Source: Nemertoderma westbladi | Taxonomy: Eukaryota > Animalia > Xenacoelomorpha | Direction: 5' to 3' | DNA: 64,000 nucleotides | NCBI GenBank assembly: GCA_032718475.1 | Contig: JAUCBJ010008450.1 | Coordinates: 64,446 to 128,445, forward strand | Shown here: piece by piece, positions 49,101 to 58,065 of the stretch | Layout: every line of letters starts with the position of its first letter | How positions within the stretch are numbered: position 1 is the stretch's first letter | Notes under the pieces: model-generated | Seen by the model: only the letters and a program-made list of their open reading frames with translations | What the model was told of the DNA's origin: nothing | Database searches by the model: none | Program-made: the position numbers and the translations under genes

Positions 49101-51730
49101 CTAGTTTTACTCTTTGTCGTCTATCAGTCAAATAATTTTTTATAAGAAGTTGAGATGTGGAATGAAAACCTAACGTTGCAAGTCTGTGTAGTAATATTTG
49201 TCGGTTTACTGAGTTGAAGGCCTTGCTGAGATCCAGGAATGCTATTGCAATGTAATTATTTTCGTCAAGCTTTTTTCTCCAGGATTCTGAGAGATATGTT
49301 AGTGCGTCAACAGTTGAAAACCCTTTTCGGAATCCAAATTGCTTAGAATAAATTATTTTGTGTTTATTTATATAATGTATAATTTGATTATAAAGTACTC
49401 GTTCAAATATTTTAGCAAATGGCGTAGTCATTGCGACAGGTCTGTAATTTGTTGGTTCATGTGGATCACCTGATTTAAATATGGGAGTGATATTTACAAG
49501 TTTTAGTTTGTCTGGAAAAAGTGACTTGGTGATACATTGATTTAATATGTAAGTTAATTGATATGTTATATGCGGGGCTATATTCTTGATAATTTTTATC
49601 GGTATTAAAGATGGTCCACTGGATTTTTTTGCATTTAAATTATTTATGATGTTGTATACGTCTGATGATGTTATACATTGGAAGGAGAAAGTATCCTTAA
49701 TGTTTGTTCCTACTACCGTTACTCCAAGTGTTTTCATATTTGCATCAACGCTAACATTTTTGAAAAAATTTCCTAGTTCGATATAAGTTCTATTAAATAT
49801 TTCTACAATTTTTTTCTTATTTGTTGTTAGTGTTCCTAGATTTTTAATGCAATTTATTTTCGACTGTTTTCTTTTGTTGTTTAAGATTTTATTTATTAAT
49901 TGCCATCTAGATTTACTGTCTTTTGCTTCAATATATTTGTGTTTAATATAATAATTTTTTAATTTTGCATTTAGATTGTTGAATTTATTTCGTAGTAATT
50001 TGTATTCTGAATAGTTTGCATTTGTCTTGTTTCTTCGCCATTCTAGAAATTTGTTATACTTTTTTGTGCGTAATTGTTCCAATTCAAATGTTGACCAATC
50101 GTCATTTTTATAATTTTTTATTTTTTTGTTAGTTATTAATTTGCGTTTTATTGGTGCATGCCTATTTAAAATTTGTATTATTAGTTGTTCAAATATTTCG
50201 AATTGTAGATTGATATTGTTTTGACAATAGAAATTCCCCCAGTAAATTTTCGCTATGTCTGATATGAATCTAGATTCTTCAAAACTAGAGTAATCTCTGT
50301 ATTCTACCCACTGTTTACTGTCATTTTTTGCAGTCCTTAGTTTGTAGTCTATTTTGATTAAAGTATAATCGTGATCGGAAAATTCACACGGGAAAACTTC
50401 GTTTGCTGTTATCTTTCTTAGGTCTTTTATATATTATCATGATGTACATTTTCTAAAATATGCAATAGACTTAAAAATATCCACTTTACCAATTTACCAC
50501 TTTAAAATATTGAATTCAATGTCACTTCAAATATTCAGTGCAAATTTAAAAAGCATTTATCTCCAAAGTATTAAAGGGATGGAATAACATAACTAAAACA
50601 ATAATACATCGAATCTTCAAATTTTTATAAAGAACCAACAGCCCAATAAATGAATGTTTTTCTCAATGTTTTTCTGGTACTGGTAGCAGTTTTATGTAGT
50701 TGACAGAATGTTGTATATGGCAGTACGGTTATTTCTGTCCTATCTTTAGTATACATTCAACTCAATATTATTGGTTGGTGTTGTGTAATTAAACATATAT
50801 ATGTATGTTTTATTAACTATTATTAACTCTATAAAAGAAGATTCAGAACGATTATGACATTATTATTTTCAATCAATCTGAGCAGTTGAGACAGGCCATG
50901 GGCTGTCTCAGTCTGCAACACCACTGGCGTTATCCATCTATCTATGTTGAAAATCTGTCGAGCACTATAACAAAAGTGATAGGAACCTTAAACCCCTTAA
51001 ACTCCACGTTGGCGATAAAGTTCGTGTCCAAGACATGAGGACAAACAAATGGTCATTAATTGGCGATATTGTCAGAGTAGGAAAACAACGGGGCTATTAC
51101 ATTAAAATGTCGAGTCGGACGCACTGGAGAAACCGCCGATTTCTAAGACCATATCATTCCATAAAGGTGAATCTTGAACCTGAGATATATGAACTGGAAA
51201 CGGAACCGAAAACGAACGAACCGAAGTCCGACGAATTCCACGCATCCTCGCGCGTGAGAAAACCGTCCAGTTTAATAAGGAGTAGACCTGAAACTGAAAG
51301 TTTTCCCCAATATGGGAATGTGTGTATTATTATTTTTGTATGTTAATGACTCGAAGGGGGTAGTTGTGGTGTATGGGTTTGTGCAGTAGCCTAGGATAGG
51401 TACTGGTATACTATATAGGATTTCATTATTGATTTGATTATTCATTATTACTCTGATATTCTGAATGCCTGACATATGAGTATACAGCTCTATCTATCTC
51501 ACTACATTCCCTTTCCATCTGCTTACAGTCCCTGACACCATCCATGAAAATTGATTGCAAATAAATAATTTACCATTTCAGAATACTATCAGCTTATTCG
51601 ATAGGTACAACTATGGGGGCCAAGTCTTTCGACATTGTTTCAATACGCCGAATTTCGCATCTTTTACACCAACTTTCGACAACAAGGCATCCAGCGCTAT
51701 AGTGGTTGATGGACAGTGGAAAGTTTTCCA
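12894..51730 (+). CDS. Multi-exon host gene for a multi-domain beta/gamma-crystallin (Greek-key) protein; 8 exons in window, partial at both ends
   Basis: Exons 12894-13029, 22801-22920, 23344-23487, 33863-34011, 35122-35299, 37104-37201, 43423-43558 and 51582-51730 are all AG/GT bounded with matching phases: 1110 nt, no stops. 8 Greek-key motifs (Y/FxxxxF/YxG...S), G-W-x-x-Y/F junctions, and DNKVSS / DQKTSS / DNKASS signatures. Confidence 0.9.
13200..13880 (+). mobile_element. Degenerate 3' part of a CRE-like (restriction-endonuclease-type) non-LTR retrotransposon
   Basis: TSSWLNSKPL and IDKKEFRDALCLRYGW, motifs typical of the C-terminal region of CRE-clade elements; frameshifted. Confidence 0.6.
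14288..15417. mobile_element. Non-autonomous Foldback/MULE-type DNA transposon with 15-bp subrepeat arrays (GGACAATTCGGTCCC)
   Basis: Termini GGATGTAGGACAA / TTGTCCTGCTTCC. 9-bp TSD CCTCGAAAC / CGTCGAAAC (1 mismatch). The interior is also partly inverted (GGTGAATGTTCTAGAA at 14561 vs TTCTAGAACATTCACC at 15128). Confidence 0.8.
16054..16156. repeat. Perfect palindrome with 51-bp arms and 1-nt centre
   Basis: TTATTATAC..CCTCGAATGG g CCATTCGAGG..GTATAATAA, centre at 16105; insert flanked by duplicated TAAATTATATCA (15996-16007, 16154-16165). Confidence 0.92.
16300..16815 (-). mobile_element. L2/CR1-group LINE RT fragment related to the 24981-28874 family
   Basis: NYRPIAITSPFAKIIEK, QFGFRKGFSATDAV, YVAVGFL. 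Confidence 0.75.
16820..19300 (+). mobile_element. Degenerate APE-type LINE (end of ORF1, endonuclease, internally deleted RT); clade uncertain
   Basis: IASYNCN..ILLLQE..IMGDFNAD..SWLDH..SDHMP endonuclease motifs, then LNSKKSK..FNYLGH..LYARANSLVRKF..VKVALFSAY. Confidence 0.75.
19340..19825 (+). mobile_element. 3' end of an L2/CR1-like LINE with terminal stem-loop
   Basis: SLRFQGPLIWNSL..IFRSHLKK; hairpin TTCAGTGGAAC..GTTCCACTGAA (about 19703-19754); AATAAA plus ATTCA tail; flanked by a duplicated AATGCAGCTGCAATGCAGCAT. Confidence 0.65.
20105..21840 (+). mobile_element. Degenerate Penelope-like element with an inverted internal segment at its 5' side
   Basis: KFDKGNGTVILDREEY, RLYGLAKIHKEGVPMHPILS, MGLPL, FTMETEKEGRLPFLDV, YTKPTHTGLY; about 20107-20262 is the reverse complement of about 21182-21337. 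Confidence 0.85.
21844..22165. repeat. 114-bp tandem repeat (~3 copies)
   Basis: TGTGGCTGC(C/A)TACACCTAGTAGGCCTAC at 21844, 21958 and 22072. Confidence 0.9.
22801..22920 (+). CDS. Crystallin-domain gene exon (phase 0/0)
   Basis: ttttaag|..cag|gttaga; ICNEITLYDEPYFGGKSKTLFVSGGYKYLGDLDQKTSSIQ. Confidence 0.9.
23344..23487 (+). CDS. Crystallin-domain gene exon (phase 0/0)
   Basis: cttatag|..gag|gttaga; IRCGSWILYTGILFTGEYIILDPGSYERSIDFDPYFENKIRSLRPLPE. Confidence 0.9.
24981..28874 (-). CDS. LINE ORF2: ~300-aa hydrophobic leader, 2A-like peptide, APE endonuclease, reverse transcriptase
   Basis: LLALAGDIHPNPGP, then INARS..SVTETW..VYRPP..GDLN..LLD..SDH; NYRP, QFGFR, DLSKAF, GVPQGTILGPLLF, YADD, KYLG. 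No stops in 1297 aa. Confidence 0.93.
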   Translation of the reverse strand: MFATLTVNVTTLVILFLYTIIYAILNWIYVIPPISPNLNVIPQVIYILTQTSILIFAEAILLLVVIVLYLRKQILVFISLVLYFLTVIVTLILLFSVFVLLIPLIFIFVNIWFDRLKFNSRTMYRGRQKRQPQKFKYFNLKTILGIFLIICIHRGTFGALSGGQSMAPAILHPPGYHYMVTLFTLCFFLSRYIWASSNKYNNFNCKRRNVFISMVLYVLFTTVLSGILFHCSSRITTMLYSPPVCDYTFRPETQTRNTKLILSFIISSFKLSTLLYVRVVISSILIVSLTVNNLLALAGDIHPNPGPQIDDIQVDLKSFIRSNSQTFHFIQINARSLFKNIDHVRSLLRGSNNCILSVTETWLKKHISDKAVAIPGYKIYRQDRRGRKGGGVLTYVPEHINSRVRPDIKTNGVLESIWVEIDDILVCTVYRPPRTRIKINTNFFNSFSEEIENAQILEPNKKLIIQGDLNVNILGTSGVNNTRLSALNDILNLYTLYLTNTTVPTRTTDKTSTLLDVVITSLNRTTISNSTGSVYLCDFSDHDYTVTSIKHKFNKMVKKDNEWIEYRNFTDFNKGAFLNEIENIIWNDFYLEDDINKQFEIFENQIVEILNKYAPMKRKLVIPNKNMMRDDWATDELNELKTNKYKKFALWRRTKSDNDYKAYKLLRNKFNNLNNKLKNNFVKNKYLSARDSKSRWKIINKIINNKIKSASINCIKYRGILITNRKQLSNAMNETFLNLGNFFNCSSTNMGIYTLPVDSVQNRAHFSFKCVSLLEVDYRIDQLNENKSSGPCKIPTKIIREIRSHISGPLHFLINQCLTKSLFPDHLKLSNISPIYKKGDLFDAANYRPVAITSPFAKVVEKIMCSQILEYVKDNKLLYPKQFGFRTGFSTVDAVTYLTENWRQHLNDNKFVAAAFLDLSKAFNSINHDILNHRLKHLGFHSTALNLIQNYLLKRKQRVKVENTFSDWLTETRGVPQGTILGPLLFMLYTNNIPEQLTNVSIIQYADDTVIYVADSDPEQATKLLESNVQKIQKIFNDSHLKLNPDKTEFLLLSPKQISPENRADFSSIKLNVGCPEPIPQSPSVKYLGVNIDNELNWKDYIGKMIQKMTLTISCLRIIKGQLPNKTKLQLYKTLTMPYHNYCCQLLVSLHDKHGSKELLYKFEKVQNYALRTIFGKKITDSSGTELRQKGEIPLLSAVREYYALIYFYKYMHKLTEAFKTLDLPFLAKNNIRLNPRTGNIVIPKSKNRFGHDSIIVKSVKLWNSLHIDVIKSPNLATFKRHLKNIFLSKYSREEVT
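29040..30470 (-). CDS. LINE ORF1 with coiled coil, Pro/Thr repeats and SGNH/GDSL esterase-like domain; likely true start ATG 30470 with an in-frame TGA at 30456-30458
   Basis: LLMDSN, IQTGTND and YDSKH esterase blocks; the frame extends upstream as MPVE*TPPPPPKKSRR. Confidence 0.75.
32480..33770 (-). mobile_element. Highly degenerate hAT-like transposase C-terminus
   Basis: Frameshifted IVNMLRLIP..SCKVERL resembles the hAT dimerisation ERxFS region; IDHITMQLQDELDNKF upstream. Confidence 0.4.
33863..34011 (+). CDS. Crystallin-domain gene exon (phase 0 in, 2 out)
   Basis: tttccag|..ga|gttagt; DGIMLFEDPNFGGFEADLQKDVEDFTIHHGHINEVISSLIIVGGTWEVF. Confidence 0.9.
34715..34790 (+). pseudogene. tRNA-derived sequence (SINE head or tRNA pseudogene)
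   Basis: A box TAGCTGAATGG and B box GTTCGATCCC at tRNA-like spacing; the stems pair poorly. Confidence 0.55.
35122..35299 (+). CDS. Crystallin-domain gene exon (phase 2 in, 0 out)
   Basis: tttgcag|a..aag|gttagt; DADFSGVGSLELYPGVYPFNDFFLPAGVNLVSSAKRVQLTVDNNTCHNEIILFSKENFK. Confidence 0.88.
35750..36400 (-). mobile_element. 3' fragment of a LINE ORF2 (C-terminal Cys/His domain)
   Basis: HKLRVENGRW..CQCDDLTIQDE matches the HxLxxExGRW..C..C..DExH motif. Confidence 0.6.
37104..37201 (+). CDS. Crystallin-domain gene exon (phase 0 in, 2 out)
   Basis: cttatag|..tc|gttagt; GRSIKLNGDCNALCFQKRAMDNDARSVRVNCG(S). Confidence 0.85.
37761..38720 (+). mobile_element. Non-autonomous Helentron/DINE-1-like (HINE) element
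   Basis: Subterminal inverted repeat GTGGGGC / GCCCCAC, a CTGTT-type microsatellite near the 5' end, ACCAAACTTGGT palindromic core, T-rich flanks. Confidence 0.5.
38900..39620 (-). mobile_element. Internally deleted APE LINE RT fragment, similar to the 16820-19300 type
   Basis: LWKEHFDGLYNS, GKAIGPDGISTEH, FTTMLRHGYMP, LYCNSLW..KLKVAYNN. Confidence 0.65.
39755..39900 (+). mobile_element. SINE 3' part (related copies at about 40460-40590 and 47560-47755)
   Basis: Shared AGTACCAG..GGGAT..GTAGC(G/A)CCCAC..GAAAGAGGAG..GGT..CCTC hairpin; the 47590-47640 copy resembles a MetaSINE-like core. Confidence 0.5.
40700..42950 (-). mobile_element. Degenerate CR1-like LINE RT fragment interrupted by a Foldback/MULE element
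   Basis: ENYRPIS|ILG..QFGFIRGRS..DVVYTDYAKAFDTV. Confidence 0.75.
41175..42318. mobile_element. Second non-autonomous Foldback/MULE-type element with GGACACTTCCCCCC subrepeats
   Basis: Termini GGTGTTCGGACAC / GTGTCCTAGATCC; TSD AGAAATAG at 41167-41174 and 42319-42326. Confidence 0.8.
43423..43558 (+). CDS. Crystallin-domain gene exon (phase 2 in, 0 out)
   Basis: cctgcag|a..ccg|gtaagt; WILYDEDFSGWGYSKVLGPGEYANLHEFTYDPYIPRVSAVRPIIP. Confidence 0.9.
43598..44900. mobile_element. piggyBac-like non-autonomous element (one end) with internal ~170-bp degenerate repeats
   Basis: TTAA|CCCT start; the palindromic motif AAATTTGGTGCTAGCACCAAATTT recurs about 5 times; other terminus not found. Confidence 0.45.
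44910..45500. mobile_element. Rearranged RTE fragments
   Basis: About 44910-45300 aligns with 31750-32140; about 45350-45500 resembles the RT 3' part in the opposite orientation. Confidence 0.6.
45505..46688. repeat. ~44-bp minisatellite (~27 copies) with a 444-bp higher-order period
   Basis: Unit TTTTCCTCTCTTTGAGGTTACATGAATAATACCCGGGCGCGGGGCCACG; near-identical ORFs start at 45842 and 46286. Confidence 0.95.
46900..47360 (+). mobile_element. L2-type 3' tail remnant
   Basis: Stem-loop CTGG.GAGCAGCC..GGCTGTTCTCCAG, then AATAAA and (ATTGA)n. Confidence 0.45.
47825..50430 (-). mobile_element. 5'-truncated L2/CR1-group LINE (sister family of 24630-30650) with open RT frame 48094-50082
   Basis: DFSDHD near 50370; NYRP, QFGFR, DLSKAF, GLPQGTILAPLLF, YADD, KYLG; clearly homologous to but diverged from the 24981 ORF; AATAAA and simple-repeat tail. 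Confidence 0.9.
50940..51540 (+). mobile_element. 3' end of a Gypsy element: integrase C-terminus, PPT and probable short LTR (about 51365-51540)
   Basis: HYNK..LKPL..GDKVRVQD..KW..G..YYIK..HWRNRRFLRP; GAAGGGGG followed by TGTGG...CA. Confidence 0.65.
51582..51730 (+). CDS. Crystallin-domain gene exon (phase 0 in, 2 out)
   Basis: atttcag|..ca|gtgagt; NTISLFDRYNYGGQVFRHCFNTPNFASFTPTFDNKASSAIVVDGQWKVF. Confidence 0.9.
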
Positions 51731-52059
51731 GTGAGTATTTTTATGACCATGCCTTTAATTAGTTTCTATGTGTAGCTTTTGTGAAGCTAAGCTTTGCATT
51801 TAGCTATAGAAAATAGGAATATTTTAATGCGATATGTTACCCCTGTGAGGGGCAGCTTTATTATATCTATATCTAAAATATCAAACTATTACACAACTAT
51901 AAAATAATACAAAGAATTAGGGCATTGTAAAGGCCAAAGCGAATAGTGGTACACTTTGAGGTGCCCCCCCCCCCCCCCCATTCGAGCAAAAGCTAAATTA
52001 TATATATTGTAATATAACATAATACAATAATAATAACATAATACCATATGGTGTTGCAT

Positions 52060-52500
52060 AGTAGTACATATATACTGTATCTTAAAAAGGCATTTGAGTT
52101 CCACCTACCCCTTGATCTAATTTGGGAATCAGATAGGCCCTCCTTTGCGGCTTCAGTGGCAACCCCAATCCTAAAGCTATGTGACTTGTATACATTGGTG
52201 GGGAGGTTATTAAATAATCTTAGATGGATGAGTACTAAAAGGAAGAATGAGCTAGAATGGATGAGTACTAAAAGGAAGAATGAGCTAGAATGGATGAGTA
52301 CTAAAAGGAAGAATGAGCTAGAATGGATGAGTACTAAAAGGAAGAATGAGCTAGAATGGATGAGTACTAAAAGGAAGAATTTCAAAGAATTTAGTGCAGG
52401 ATTTGGCATTTTGCAATGATAGTAGAACTGTGAAAGCTATATAGAAGCTTTCTTAAAGTTTGGTGGTGAGTTGTTTAATTGTGTATTTAAGCAACGCCGT
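52060..52500 (-). mobile_element. Tyrosine recombinase C-terminal fragment (DIRS/Ngaro-like) containing a 33-bp tandem repeat
   Basis: YKSHSFRIGVAT..GRWNSNAFLRY carries the H-x-x-R, W and Y catalytic positions; repeat TGGATGAGTACTAAAAGGAAGAATGAGCTAGAA about 5 times (52225-52380). Confidence 0.75.
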
Positions 52501-52769
52501 TCATGGGAATTTGCGATTCAGCAGTATTGGTTTATATTCAATTATTTAAGCCTATTTGGTAGGCATACCTGCATACCGGTATTGATGATTATGGATTGAT
52601 TATTCATAGACATTGTGTATGTTATACTGGTAGGGCCTATATACTTACATTCAGCCATTCATGGAGTTGGTTTATTTTTAAATGCTGGTTTATTCTATAA
52701 TTAATAATAAGTAACCTACTAAATAGTTTAACATGGCAACATTAGCTAATAGGCGTAGAGGCCTAAAGT

Positions 52770-55320
52770 TGATACCACACTGTCACAAAGTTGTACATAC
52801 TGTGGTTGCCCCCCAGTAAAGCATTTTCGGGAGGAGGTACCATCATCGGCAAGTACCGGTTACTGGTACCACCTTAAATGAGACCAATACCAGTACTGGT
52901 ATTGAGGATTCTATAATCATTTGCAATGAAGATGGTCCAGATCAACTCCAACATCATATCACTCCCACAACATCTAGCTCAACTACGCCACTCATTGTTG
53001 AGACTCCAAGTTCATGTACCGGTACAGATAGTTCAGTCAGTCATCAACCCAAGAAGTTGTGTCTATCTACTTCTCCCAGTACCGGTACTGAATTACTTTA
53101 CCCTAAAGGTTTATTAAGCTGCCTGGAAAAATCCAGTGAAGGCAAAGTTCTTATTAAGAAGAAGTTGTTGTGTGAAGCAGATCGACAGTGCTTGGTAGGG
53201 CTTGTAATATCTTACCTAATGCAGATGAATTGTAAGAATCCGGTGCCTGATGAACTTTTAACGTCAGCTGTCGAAATCAATAAGTTCTTCATTCATGAAA
53301 TCCAAGAAGTATACTTCTACAAGAAGTTAGTCACGAAAACTTCTGCTGTAACTGGAAAGTCCTATGATACTTCGGTTATTGGAGGTAAACTTTATAACAA
53401 AGTTCTGACCGTGAAAAAAAAGTCAAAAGACTACAGGCACGTGACACTATTGCAATAGCTCATTCCAGTAGCTCCAATCATGAGGACCGAAATGCAGGGG
53501 GGCTTTTAACATTAGATGTTGATAACCTTAAAAAAGATTGTGAAGAATGTCTGCCTTATTTGAAATGTAGTTACATGTCAAAAGAGCACCATGAAAACAG
53601 CTCAATGTTTCGATTGGCTGGATTCTACCAAGGGAGATTTGACTTGAGTAGTTTTCCGTACATGCTGGATGATGCGGCCTCATATCCGGCTCTGAGTTCC
53701 GATTTTAAGAAGCTGGGAGAAGTTCGTGGATAGGAAAGCATTGATCCTTCTGTGCTTTTTAGTCCAATGTTTGGCAATTTGTGTTTCAGGGTTCTTCATT
53801 CCCTAAGTGCTGAGCAACTAACTAGTTTAGGAGATGACCCTTCTCCGGCAACATTGTTGAAAAGGCAATAAAGGCACTACCACTATGACTTTGCAACAAA
53901 ATGATAATTCGGTTACCTGGTGATGGGAAACGGAAGATGTGGCGGCCTACATTGAAGGATTGTGCTGATTCATTTGTAATGTATGCGATTGACCATGCAG
54001 ATATGGATAGTAAAATAAGTGTGATGGCAACGAGTTACTCTGAGAAGCAGCTGCCAATCAATCCCTTTATAGTTTCCCTCTCGGATAGCAATCAATATGT
54101 GATTGTGTACAACAGCTACCGATTTGTTCGCATAACTTTGTTGGAGGCCATTGACTTCTCTTTCAAACTCATGCATGTTTGTAACCTACAATACCAAGCT
54201 GCATGTGAGCCTATTTGGATATTATTTTAACATCTTTATGGTGTGCCTTCATCTACAACCAACATAAAGGTTCAAGCTCTACTGTCTGATCTGCAGTATA
54301 AGCATTCTTAAGGTCACCAATGTTCTCATGTCAATATTTATGTTGTGTATCTGGTCGCTTTTTCTACTGGTTGACACCAAAAATGTATAGGCCTAGTCAA
54401 TCAGGCTGAAAAACCAAGTTAACAATATTGTTTACTAATAATTATTAAACTAGATTAGTTATTTACCAACCAGGAACATACATATTTTATATATACTATT
54501 TTATATATATTTTCTGAATTATGTAATGCCTTAAGTTTGGATTATTCTGGATTAGTTATATATATATATACGAACCAGGAAAATACATTTATATACTTTA
54601 TTCTGGAATACGTAATGCCTAATATACGTACCAGTATATACATGACAGTTGCAATCATGGTGTTTTGCAGTGTTTGTAATGATGAATTGAGTTCCTTGGC
54701 GATATACCTCTTTCCTTTGGGGGTTATGCATAACATTAACGTGAATAAGGATAAATTAATTTGTGGACATGATGGCTGTCAGCTTGATTTTTATAGGTTT
54801 TATTCCTAATCTCAACACATACACAACTTTTGAAGCTAATATTGTTTTACAATGTGTATCTCTAGAGAGTTTTTTAAATATCTGTATATCTGTAAACAAA
54901 ATTCGCAATATTTGGTTTTTATTAATTAATAATTTTGTTTATTAAATTGTAAGGGCTTTTGTTGCCCATGATCAAATTTAATTAATATTTTCAATATCCA
55001 GTTAATGTTTAGTAAAATATTTGATATCTTGTCAAATAATTTTTGTAATTTAAAATATCTTGTCAAATATTTAACAATATGTTCTTACAAATATTGTTAA
55101 TATATCTTGCCAATTCTGAAAGATTGAAATTTCCACATGTCTATTTTGACAAGATATGATATAGATCCTGACAAGATATTAATTGAAGTTTTCACCAGAT
55201 ATTTTTGACAAGAATATCCCGAATATTCTGACAAGATAAAGGACAAGTGTATTTAACTAGATATATCTTGTCATTCTATATTTTTTTTGTCAATTTGACT
55301 GAACTTTTTTTAAGAGTGTA
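52770..55320 (+). mobile_element. Degenerate EnSpm/CACTA-like DNA transposon
   Basis: GGKLYNK, PFIV..EAIDFSFKLMHVCNLQY..IW accessory ORF motifs, a C2H2-like start at about 54660-54800, and (T)GACAAGATA / TATCTTGTCA subterminal-type repeats at 55020-55275. Confidence 0.55.
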
Positions 55321-55399
55321 TAATTAATAATAAGTAACCTACTAAATAGTTTAACATGGCAACATTAGCTAATAGGCGTAGAGGCCTAAAGTTCTTTAT

Positions 55400-55830
55400 A
55401 ACTAAATTTATGGATATTTCAAATGATGGTGTTTCTTTGATTGAATTACAATCAAAATTATTATCAATAAAATAGAGACTGACAATGATAAAACATATAG
55501 ATGAGCACATTTTTTCCTTTGCTTCAATTGCAAGATCTAATTAATCATAAACCTGGAAATTCATCATCTTCATCTGCTTGTTTGGCACCAACGGCTGTAA
55601 AACATGAGAAAAAATCCAAACTTCCTAAATTGGTATTGAATAAATTTGGTGGAAAAATTATTAAATATCAAGGTTTTAAGGAAGCATTTAATTCTGCAAT
55701 TGGAGATGATTCTGGTTTAAATAACGTTGATAAATTAAATTATCTCCAAACACTTTTGGAAGGCCCACCACTTTTAGCTATTCAAGGTTTATCACTCAAT
55801 GGAAATAATTATATTGTTGCAATTGTACAG
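55400..55830 (+). mobile_element. BEL/Pao gag fragment (DUF1759-like)
   Basis: KLPKLVLNKFGG..FKEAFNSAI..VDKLNYLQTLLEG..NY. Confidence 0.75.
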
Positions 55831-55857
55831 TACTCATGTTTACACAGTTGTTAATAT

Positions 55858-58065
55858 CGTGGTGATGGGATATTATATGCAACAATGTATCATGTATTAC
55901 CTAATTAGTGAGTAACCAGCTGGACGACTGTACATACACACTACCGTATATTAGGAATAAGCAAGATAGCAGAAGGGTAATTTTAATATACAGGAACTAA
56001 TTGATTTAACATTATCTGATTCATTTCATTTACATATTAATCTGAACATGGCGCAGCGTTCATTGAACCCTACCATTACATCAATTATTATAACTATACA
56101 ATAATTTTGTTACATCTAAATATGAACTTTAATTGTTTATTGTAACTGGTATTTAAATATGGAGAAACTCACTTATGCAACAACTCACACGCGGTGTATT
56201 TCGGCCTAGTAAATTCCGCTCGGCGTTGTTTTGATGATGCTTACAACGAACTAACTCAGACCAACATCGCAACTGCAACAATTGAACTCATAGAATCACT
56301 CAGCGGAAAAGCAGATGCCTATCGCCGAGCCGCGGACTGTTATAACAACGCCCATTTTGAAGTTCTCTGCATGGAACCTAGTGATGAAAGTGACAATGAT
56401 ACTAAACGTGCAGAAAATATTAACAAATACACATTCCAGATTGATATGATTGTATCAAGCATACGACGCGAATTCGAAATGGCTAACAATAATATCGATA
56501 CAACCCAGAATCTATCACCTTGCCCACGCCCTGGTGCTTCAATACACATAGAAAGGAGTAGCCAACCAAGCCCTCTGACCCCACCACTGTCACTATCCCA
56601 CTATAAATCATGGCGAACAAAATTTGGCGATTATTACACTATGAATCACATGAATGCCATGGACAACAATGATCAGTTAAGTCACCTTCGATCTTGTGTC
56701 TCTGAGGATATGCTTTCGAAAATGAGATATACTCTCGGTATACCGATAAATACCACTATGTTGTGAATAATATACTAGATAAGCTAGTATTATTTAACAG
56801 AAAAGGTGAGTCTTGCCAGGAGGCGATGTGACTTCGACAGCTGTTCCCAAACACCAGGTGAATCATTTGAAGCCTTTTTTGAAAGGCTCATGAAATTATA
56901 GGAGCTCACCGAAATCTCCACAACAGGTTGCTCATGTGCAGCAATCACCTAGTCACGCGCTTCATGTGTGGCATAAATAACACCGCACTTCAAAGAAAAC
57001 TCTTCGCACTGTATAAAAACCAACTGACAATTGAATCTGTAAAGGCTGTATGCATCGCATTTGCATGGGGTAATATAGAGACTGCCGCACTGTCAAAAAT
57101 ATCTAACAATGGGACACTGTTCCATACAGTCGATGGTGATGTCAACCAAAGTTCAACAGAAGAAACACAAGCTCTTCAAGTTCTTCAACAACTACCAATG
57201 AAAAATATCAAACATTTTCCAAACCCCCAAAAAAGTGGTACCCATGAAGCCAATCGTTCCAGATGTCCAGCCAGTGGACATCTGGAAGCGTTTCAAATCT
57301 GGCAAAATAGGACATTCAAGTAAAGCCTGTAAATCGTCATCATATCAAAATAAAACGCAGCAAATACAACAGCAACCATCTTATACCGATGATTCCTCAA
57401 CAATGGTTGCTCACCATTTCATCGGCAAGGTATCAACAAAAGGAAAAGAGCCTAATGTAGAGTATATATACAGTACCTCAAATTATTCATATAACACATG
57501 ACATTTCCGATAAATCAACGCTAAGAATCGCACAGCAAGCACCTATGGCAAACATAATAGTAAATCACAAAGACATAACATTTGGCTGCAAAGCACTATC
57601 AGACACAGGTGCAGACGCACCAATTATCCCCTACACACTTCTCAACCAATACGGGTTATAAACCGTGATTGACAAGAAGTACATTCCCAAAATTTATGCT
57701 GCTAACAAGCAACTAATTCATGCATATGGGACGATAAAATTAAACATAAAGTACTACGGCACAAATGTTGACATCGTTGCGATTGTTACAAAAATCGGAT
57801 CAACATTCATCATAACTTGGTTTGCCTTAAAAGAACTGAAAATTCCTATGGAAATACATCTAAAACCAGGAGCCAAGCCTTTTAAAGTTCTAACTGCCCG
57901 CAAAATTCCTGTGAGGCCGATACCAAAGCCGAATTAGTTAAAATGGTTGAACTAAACATTATTAAAAAAGTAAAACTTGTTGAAGGTCAACCACCTCCAG
58001 AGTGGGTAGCGCCTATGGTGGTCATTCAAAAACCCCATGGAGGGGTTCGCGTTCGCATATTTGGG
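55858..58065 (+). mobile_element. Degenerate 3'-truncated Gypsy element: LTR, tRNA PBS, gag, protease, start of RT
   Basis: ..GAACA|TGGCGCAGCG PBS at 56049 (tRNA-Ser-like); gag fragments with KIGHSSKAC; DTGAD near 57602; WVAPMVVIQKPHGGVR. Confidence 0.8.

Noticed and set aside
52060-52230. Phage integrase or bacterial contamination
   Set aside because: HSFRIG..GRW.S..Y is the DIRS/Ngaro-type recombinase tail, and the context is eukaryotic and intronic.
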